DNA from: Alphaproteobacteria bacterium
Lineage (GTDB): Bacteria; Pseudomonadota; Alphaproteobacteria; UBA828
Length of the DNA: 64,000 nt
NCBI GenBank assembly: GCA_965221125.1
Contig: CBDCRW010000003.1
Coordinates: 96,001 to 160,000 of the forward strand
Direction: 5' to 3'
Shown piece by piece: positions 56,681 through 64,000 of the stretch; position 1 is the stretch's first letter; every line of letters starts with the position of its first letter. The position numbers and the translations under genes were made by a program. Below the pieces are notes generated by a model. The model made no database searches and was not told the DNA's origin. It saw only the letters and a list, made by a program, of their open reading frames with translations.

Positions 56681-57604
56681 TTGACGGCCTCGCTCATCGT
56701 CGAGCAGCTGCTGAACGGCCTGCAGTTCGGCGTCATGCTGTTCCTGATGGCGGCCGGGCTGACGCTGATCTTCGGCGTCATGGGTCTCATCAACCTCGCT
56801 CACGGCTCGTTCTACATGATCGGCGCGTTCGCCTGCGCGGCCGTCGCCGCCGCCACCGGCTCCTACTGGATCGGCCTCGCGGCGAGCCTGGCTGCGGCCG
56901 CCGCAGCGGGAGGTCTCGTGGAGGTCGCCGTCATCAGGCGGCTCTACCGCCGCGACCATCTGGATCAGGTGCTCGCGACCTTCGCCTTGATCCTGGTGTT
57001 CTCGGAGGGCACCCGCTGGGTGTTCGGCTCCTTTCCGCTCTATCTCGCCGTCCCCGAAATCCTCTCCGGGCCGGTGGCGCTGCCGGGCGGCATCGACTAC
57101 CCGCTCTTCCGGCTTGCGATCATCGTGGTCGGGATCGTGATCGCGGGCGGGCTCTTTCTCCTGATCGCGCGGACGCGCCTCGGCATCCGCATCCGGGCCG
57201 GCGAATCCGATCGCGAGATGATCGCAGCCCTCGGCGTCGATATCCGCAAGCTCTACACCACGGTATTCGCGCTCGGCGCGGCACTGGCGGGCTTCGCAGG
57301 CGCCCTGGTGGGCACGATCCAGTCTGTGCAGGTGGGCATGGGCGAACCCGTGCTGATCCTCGCCTTCGTCGTCATCATCATCGGCGGCCTCGGCTCCATC
57401 GGCGGCGCGCTGCTGGGCGCGATTCTGGTGGGGCTCACCGACACGCTCGGGCGCTTCCTGCTGCCGGTGCTGTTCGACACGTTCATGGATTCGTCGAGCG
57501 CCAACAGCGTCGGCTCGGCGATCGCCTCCATGCTCATCTACATCCTGATGGCGCTGGTCCTCTTCCTGCGCCCGACCGGCCTGTTCGGCACCAGGGCGCA
57601 CTGA
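56681..57604 (+). CDS. Liv-type ABC transporter permease (LivH-like)
   Basis: QLLNGLQFG, GLTLIFGVMGLINLAHG, IIIGGLGSI. Confidence 0.9.
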   Translation: MTASLIVEQLLNGLQFGVMLFLMAAGLTLIFGVMGLINLAHGSFYMIGAFACAAVAAATGSYWIGLAASLAAAAAAGGLVEVAVIRRLYRRDHLDQVLATFALILVFSEGTRWVFGSFPLYLAVPEILSGPVALPGGIDYPLFRLAIIVVGIVIAGGLFLLIARTRLGIRIRAGESDREMIAALGVDIRKLYTTVFALGAALAGFAGALVGTIQSVQVGMGEPVLILAFVVIIIGGLGSIGGALLGAILVGLTDTLGRFLLPVLFDTFMDSSSANSVGSAIASMLIYILMALVLFLRPTGLFGTRAH

Positions 57605-58584
57605 TGAGCCGGGAAGCCGCCATCAGTCTCCTGGTCGCGGCGGGGCTGCTCGCCGCGCCGCTCCTCGGCCACGCCTTCGACGAGCCCTTCGTCATCACGC
57701 TGGCGACGAAAGTGGCGATCCTGGGGCTGGCCGGCACCGGCCTCAACATCGCGCTCGGCTACGGCGGCATGGTCTCGCTCGGTCACGCGGCGTTCTTCGG
57801 GCTAGGCGGCTACGCGGCCGGCATCCTCGCGAGCCACGCGCTCAACTACGAGCCGCTCTTCACCGCGCCGCTGCTGGTCGAAGGCACGACGCAGATGCTG
57901 ATCATCTGGCCGGTCGCCCTCGCGGTGAGCGGCCTGGCGGCGCTGGTGATCGGCGCGCTTTCCTTACGCACCACCGGCGTCTTCTTCATCATGATCACGC
58001 TGGCCTTCGCGCAGATGGTCTACTACTTCGCCATCTCGTGGCCGGCCTACGGCGGCGAGGACGGGCTCTCGATCTACATCAGGAACGAGTTTCCGGGCCT
58101 CAACACGCTCGACCCGCTGCACTTCTTCGCCATCTGCTACGTGCTTCTCGGGTTCGCGATCGGCTTCTCCTTCCTGCTCTCGCACTCGCGCTTCGGGCAG
58201 GCGCTCAACGGTGCGCGGCAGAACGCGCAGCGGCTCGCCACGGTCGGCATCAGCCCCTTCCGCGTGAAGCTCACCGCCTTCGTCATCTCGGGCATGATGG
58301 CGGGGCTCGCCGGCGCGCTCTACGCCGACCTCAACCGCTTCGTGAGCCCGTCCATGCTGTCGTGGCACACGTCTGGCGAGATCATGGTGTTCGTGATCCT
58401 GGGCGGCACGCGGCGCCTCCTGGGCCCCGCCGCAGGGGCCGCCCTCTACATCGTGCTCGAGCACACGCTGGGCGACGTGAGCGAGCACTGGCTGCTGCTG
58501 CTGGGCGCGCTCCTGGTCGGGCTGGTGCTGTTCGCGCGCGGCGGCGTGATCGGCATTCTGGCGGGGCAACCCCGTCATGCCTGA
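57604..58584 (+). CDS. Liv-type ABC transporter permease (LivM-like)
   Basis: GYGGMVSLGHAAFFGLGGY, FFIMITLAFAQM, YGGEDG. Confidence 0.9.
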   Translation: MSREAAISLLVAAGLLAAPLLGHAFDEPFVITLATKVAILGLAGTGLNIALGYGGMVSLGHAAFFGLGGYAAGILASHALNYEPLFTAPLLVEGTTQMLIIWPVALAVSGLAALVIGALSLRTTGVFFIMITLAFAQMVYYFAISWPAYGGEDGLSIYIRNEFPGLNTLDPLHFFAICYVLLGFAIGFSFLLSHSRFGQALNGARQNAQRLATVGISPFRVKLTAFVISGMMAGLAGALYADLNRFVSPSMLSWHTSGEIMVFVILGGTRRLLGPAAGAALYIVLEHTLGDVSEHWLLLLGALLVGLVLFARGGVIGILAGQPRHA

Positions 58585-59341
58585 CCCGATCCTAGAGTTA
58601 GAGGGGCTCTCCAAGCGCTTCGGCGCGGTGGTCGCGAGCGACGACGTGACCCTCGACCTCGTGCCGGGCGAGATCCACGCGCTGATCGGGCCGAACGGCG
58701 CCGGCAAGTCCACGGTCATCAAGCAGGTCGCGGGCGAGATCCGGCAGGACAGCGGCTCCATCCGCTTCGCCGGCCGCGACATCGACCGCCTCGACATGGT
58801 GGCGCGCGCCAGGCTCGGACTCGCAAGGACCTTCCAGGTCTCCTCCGTCGCGCCCGAGTTCTCCGCGCTGCAGAACGTCATGCTCGCGGTGCAGTCGGTC
58901 GAACGGAAGACCTTCCGCTTCTTCAAGCCGGCGCTCCGCGAGGCATCGCTGACCGAGCCCGCGATGTCTTATCTCGTCCGCCTGCTGCTGGACGACCGGG
59001 CGGAGGTTCGCGCGGGCGACCTTTCCCACGGCGAGCGGCGGGCGCTGGAGATCGCCATCGCGCTCGCGCTCAAGCCCAAGGCCTTCCTGCTCGACGAGCC
59101 CATGGCCGGCATGGGGCCCGAGAACACGGCGACGCTGATCGGCATTCTCGACGGGCTGCGGGCGGAAGCCCCGATCCTGCTGGTCGAGCACGACATGGAC
59201 GCCGTGTTCGCGCTGGCGGACCGCATCTCCGTGATCGTCTACGGCCGCATCATCGCGAGCGGCACGCCGCAGGAGATACGTGCCAACGAAGAGGTGCGCC
59301 GCGCCTACCTCGGAGACGAGGGACATGACGGCGCTGCTTGA
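58577..59341 (+). CDS. ABC transporter ATP-binding protein (LivG-like)
   Basis: GPNGAGKST, LSHGE, LLDEP, VEHDM. Confidence 0.92.
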   Translation: MPDPILELEGLSKRFGAVVASDDVTLDLVPGEIHALIGPNGAGKSTVIKQVAGEIRQDSGSIRFAGRDIDRLDMVARARLGLARTFQVSSVAPEFSALQNVMLAVQSVERKTFRFFKPALREASLTEPAMSYLVRLLLDDRAEVRAGDLSHGERRALEIAIALALKPKAFLLDEPMAGMGPENTATLIGILDGLRAEAPILLVEHDMDAVFALADRISVIVYGRIIASGTPQEIRANEEVRRAYLGDEGHDGAA

Positions 59342-60014
59342 GGTCGCCGGCGTCACCGCCTTCTACGGCTCGTCGCAGGCGCTCTTCGGCGTGGACCTCG
59401 CCGTCGGCGAAGGCGAGGTGGTGGCGCTCATGGGGCGGAACGGCATGGGCAAGACGACCACCATCCGGACGATCTGCCGCATGATGCCGCACCGCGAAGG
59501 GCGCATCGCCTTCGCCGGCCACGACCTCGCCCGCCTGCCCTCGCACAAGGCGGCGTGGCTCGGCCTCGGACTGGTGCCGGAGGGCCGGCGCTGCTTCCCG
59601 ACGCTCACGGTGCGCGAGAACCTGACCGCCGCCGCCCGCAGCGGCCACTGGAGCGAGGAGCGGGTGATCGCGCTCTTCCCCCAGCTTGCCGAGCGCCGCC
59701 ATCAGAAGGCCAACACGCTCTCCGGCGGCGAGCAGCAGATGCTCGCCATCGGCCGGGCGCTCATGACCAATCCCCGCCTGCTCATCCTGGACGAAGCGAC
59801 GGAAGGGCTCGGCCCCCTCATCCGCCGGGAAATCTGGTCGGTGATCGCGCGGCTCAAGGAGGCCGGCCTCTCCATCCTCGTCGTCGACAAGTCCTTGAAG
59901 GAGCTCACCGCCACGGCAGAGCGCTGCGTCATCCTGGAGAAGGGAACGACCTGCTGGTCCGGCACGAGCGCCGATCTCACGCCGGAAACCACGGACCGAT
60001 ACCTGGGAGTGTAG
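59325..60014 (+). CDS. ABC transporter ATP-binding protein (LivF-like)
   Basis: GRNGMGKTT, LSGGEQQM, LILDEATEG. Confidence 0.92.
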   Translation: MTALLEVAGVTAFYGSSQALFGVDLAVGEGEVVALMGRNGMGKTTTIRTICRMMPHREGRIAFAGHDLARLPSHKAAWLGLGLVPEGRRCFPTLTVRENLTAAARSGHWSEERVIALFPQLAERRHQKANTLSGGEQQMLAIGRALMTNPRLLILDEATEGLGPLIRREIWSVIARLKEAGLSILVVDKSLKELTATAERCVILEKGTTCWSGTSADLTPETTDRYLGV

Positions 60015-60018
60015 ACCC

Positions 60019-60849
60019 TCAGAAGCCGATCGCCTTGAACGCCCTGGTCTGCGCAGTCATGGCGACCTCGGTGGGCAGGCGCTCCATGCTGCTGGCGCCG
60101 TAGAAGCCGTGGACGTGCGCCGCGTTCTGCAGCACATACGTGGCGTCCTCGGGCGAGGCGATGGGCCCGCCGTGGCAGAGCACGATCACGTCGTCCCGCA
60201 CGGCCTTGGCCGCGAGCGCCCACGCGTCGATGAGCCCCACGCACTCCTCCAGCGACTTCGCGGTCTGCGCGCCGATGCTGCCGCTGGTGGTGAGCCCCAT
60301 GTGGCAGACGATGATGTCGGCGCCCGCCTGCGTCATGGCGACCGCGTCGTCCTCGGAGAAGACGTAGGGCGTGGTCAGCAGGTCGGCCTCGTGGGCCGCG
60401 CGGATCATGTCGACCTCCAGGCCGTAGCCCATGCCGGTCTCTTCCAGGTTGGCGCGGAAGACGCCGTCGATCAGCCCCACGGTCGGGAAGTTCTGCACGC
60501 CGGCGAAGCCCAGCCCCTTCAGCTCGTCGAGGAAGCGGCCCGGCACCATGAAGGGGTCGGTGCCGTTGACGCCGGCCAGCACCGGCGTGCGGCTCACCAC
60601 GGGGATCACCTCGTGCGCCATCTCCTTCACGATCTCGTTGGCGTTGCCGTAGGCGAGCAGGCCCGCGAGCGAGCCGCGGCCGGCCATGCGGTAGCGGCCG
60701 GAGTTGTAGATCACGATGAGGTCGATGCCGCCGGCCTCCTCGCACTTGGCCGAGAGCCCGGTGCCCGCGCCGCCGCCGATGATCGGCTCGCGGCGGGCGA
60801 CCATGCCGTGGAACTTGTCGAGAAGGCTGCGGCGATCCATGCCCGGCAC
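60019..60849 (-). CDS. TIM-barrel PEP-hydrolase-like protein (Tm-1 C-terminal-like)
   Basis: [55 protein letters not shown]. Confidence 0.88.
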   Translation of the reverse strand: MPGMDRRSLLDKFHGMVARREPIIGGGAGTGLSAKCEEAGGIDLIVIYNSGRYRMAGRGSLAGLLAYGNANEIVKEMAHEVIPVVSRTPVLAGVNGTDPFMVPGRFLDELKGLGFAGVQNFPTVGLIDGVFRANLEETGMGYGLEVDMIRAAHEADLLTTPYVFSEDDAVAMTQAGADIIVCHMGLTTSGSIGAQTAKSLEECVGLIDAWALAAKAVRDDVIVLCHGGPIASPEDATYVLQNAAHVHGFYGASSMERLPTEVAMTAQTRAFKAIGF

Positions 60850-60871
60850 TGGCGGTCTCCCTGGCTCTCGG

Positions 60872-62071
60872 TCAGTCGGCGATCTCGGTCCAGCTCTCGA
60901 CGAGAGCCTGAGCGAAATCGGCGTCGTTGATGTGATGCGGCAGGCGGACCAGGCGCCTCGCGTCGGTCTGCACGACCGTGCGCTCCAGCGCCTCGAACAG
61001 CGCCGCGTCTGCGTCCGGGTCGTGGAACGGCATCCCCGGCGCGTCGATGAGCGAGACCCCCTTCTCTGGGATCAGGAAGCGCACCGGCCCCTCGCAGGCG
61101 TTGAGCCTGGCGCCGATCCACTCGCCCATGGCCCGGTTCTCGTCCGCCGTCGTGCGCATCAGGGTCACGTTGGGATTGTGGATGTGGAAGGTGCGGCCTT
61201 CGTACTGCGCCGGCACGGTCTCGCGCGCGCCGAAGTTCACCATGTCGAGCGCGCCGCAGGAGCCAACGTAGGGCAGGCCGGTCCGCGCGAAGGCGCCGAG
61301 GCGATCCTCGCCAGCGCTGAAGACCCCGCCCATGAGGTGGTCGCAGACTTCCGTCGTGGTGCTGTCGATGCAGCCCAGCACGAGGCCGGAATCGACCAGC
61401 TTCTCCATGGATTGTCCGCCGGTCCCGGTCGCGTGGAACACCAGGCAGTCGTAGCGCGCCTCCAGCGCGGCGCGGACCTGGTCTACGCAGGGCGTGGTCA
61501 CGCCGAACATGGTGAGCCCGATGGCGGGCTTGTCCTCGGCCGCCGGCGCGTCCGCCCGCATCATGCCGGCGAGCGCGTGGGCCGCGTTGGCGAGCACCAC
61601 GCGGGAGATCCGGTTGAGCCCGGCGACATCCACAACCGAGTACATCATCGTGATGTCGTTGGGGCCGACGTAGGGCGCGACGTTGCCCGACGCCACGGTG
61701 GAGACCAGCACCCGCGGCACCCCGATGGGAAGCGCCTGCATGCCGATGGAGACGAGCGCCGTATTGCCCGACCCCCCTGCGCCGATCACGCCGCCCACGT
61801 CCGCGCATGTCGGTAGGAAGCGCGCTAGCGCCGCGCCCATGGCGGCCACCGCCTGCCCGCGATCCTCGAGGCTCAGCACCGCCTCCGCGCCATCCGGATG
61901 GTGGGCGGCGACCTCCGCCGCGCTCACGTCCACATCCGCCGGCCTGGAGCCCGTGCCGGTGCCGACATCCACGACGCAGGCCCGCACGCCGTCCGCCGCC
62001 AGCAGGTCGCGGATATAGAGCAGCTCCGCGCCCTTGGTATCCAGGGTGCCGACGATATAGGCCCGTGCCAT
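60872..62071 (-). CDS. Tm-1-like ATP-binding domain protein (UPF0261)
   Basis: [65 protein letters not shown]. Confidence 0.88.
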   Translation of the reverse strand: MARAYIVGTLDTKGAELLYIRDLLAADGVRACVVDVGTGTGSRPADVDVSAAEVAAHHPDGAEAVLSLEDRGQAVAAMGAALARFLPTCADVGGVIGAGGSGNTALVSIGMQALPIGVPRVLVSTVASGNVAPYVGPNDITMMYSVVDVAGLNRISRVVLANAAHALAGMMRADAPAAEDKPAIGLTMFGVTTPCVDQVRAALEARYDCLVFHATGTGGQSMEKLVDSGLVLGCIDSTTTEVCDHLMGGVFSAGEDRLGAFARTGLPYVGSCGALDMVNFGARETVPAQYEGRTFHIHNPNVTLMRTTADENRAMGEWIGARLNACEGPVRFLIPEKGVSLIDAPGMPFHDPDADAALFEALERTVVQTDARRLVRLPHHINDADFAQALVESWTEIAD

Positions 62072-62102
62072 CCTGCTTCCCCCGGGTGGTCCGCCCGCCC
62101 GC

Positions 62103-63440
<1,338 letters not shown>

Positions 63441-63590
63441 GGGCCGGACACCCGGTATCGTGGTTGCGTCGAGGCGCGCGATCCTAGCTCGGTTTCCCGT
63501 CAGGGACACGGACTGTGTCGCCCGCGCCGCCCGCCGCCGGTCCGCCCGCGCGAGCCCGCGAGGCGAACGGCGCGAAGAAAGGTTTTTTCC

Positions 63591-63731
63591 GGCCTATAGC
63601 GGCCTATAGCGGTCCAAAGTGGCCCAAAGTGGACCAAATGGCGGCCCATAGCGGTCCAGTTGGCGGCCCATAGCGGTCCAGTTGGCGGCCCATAGTGGCC
63701 CATAGCGGCGCATGGTGGCCCAAATTGGTCC
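63591..63731. repeat. Tandem ~10-bp repeat array, consensus GGYCCAWAGY
   Basis: 13 units plus one degenerate unit; ten 10-mers and three 12-mers; includes a 22-bp higher-order repeat GGCCCATAGC-GGTCCAGTTGGC x2. Confidence 0.9.
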
Positions 63732-63897
63732 GGGCGCCGTCGGCCGTTCAAGCGCTGCCGGCAGCCGCCCGACAGGCCCTCCCCCGAATTCCGGGTCCGC
63801 GCCTGCCGCGGCTCTCTTTGCCTCCCACTGCATGGCGCGATGGTGCCGCGCGCCGCGCGCTACCGGAACCGCACCATGGTCCGGGGAGCGACCCCTG

Positions 63898-64000
63898 CTA
63901 ACGCGCGTCGTCCCGCGCGTGCCAGTGGCGGGCGATGTCGATGCCGCGGCAGAGCCAGACGCGGTCGTGCGCCAGCACGTGGTCGACGAAGCGCCTGAGC
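63898..64000 (-). CDS. 3' end of a PuuE-like allantoinase/polysaccharide deacetylase family protein (partial)
   Basis: Translation from 63999 is LRRFVDHVLAHDRVWLCRGIDIARHWHARDDAR*, matching the PuuE-type C-terminus. Confidence 0.7.
   Translation of the reverse strand, partial: LRRFVDHVLAHDRVWLCRGIDIARHWHARDDAR

Noticed and set aside
63591-63731. Repeat array as a CRISPR array or as coding ORFs (63500-63751, 63594-63833)
   Set aside because: Units are 10-12 bp with no unique spacers and no cas genes nearby; the ORFs merely translate the repeat, whose 10-bp period is not a multiple of 3.

Overview
High-GC alphaproteobacterial chromosome segment (Rhodospirillales-like gene order; taxonomy inferred from synteny and protein motifs only). 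The left edge is the border of a genomic island: a P4-like tyrosine integrase downstream of tRNA-Thr(CGT). The core blocks are hemC-hemD-mitofilin(Mic60-like)-hemY, tsaD...gpsA, two tandem tRNA-Leu genes, trxA, aroA-cmk-rpsA-sppA-ihfB-lapA-trpFBA-accD-folC, TIGR02300/tRNA-Ala, bamD-recN-ligA-lipB and serC-serA-rmuC-typA. Accessory catabolic genes are interleaved: three different hydantoinase/oxoprolinase-family loci, an amidase, a Liv-type ABC transporter, a Tm-1-like gene pair, an omega-aminotransferase and the 3' end of a PuuE-like allantoinase. The most notable observations are: (1) a 2090-bp ISAs1-family element with a 10-bp target duplication that splits an L-serine dehydratase gene and whose transposase carries an N-terminal DUF4338/DruA-like domain with a Mom/GNAT-like motif; (2) a 13-14 unit, ~10-bp-period GGNCCA array in an intergenic region at 63.6 kb; (3) several structured non-autonomous elements, including a 268-bp MITE with perfect 25-bp TIRs, whose ends coincide with TAG stop codons of host genes. 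No rRNA genes or CRISPR arrays were seen. All family assignments come from motif recognition by eye, not database searches.
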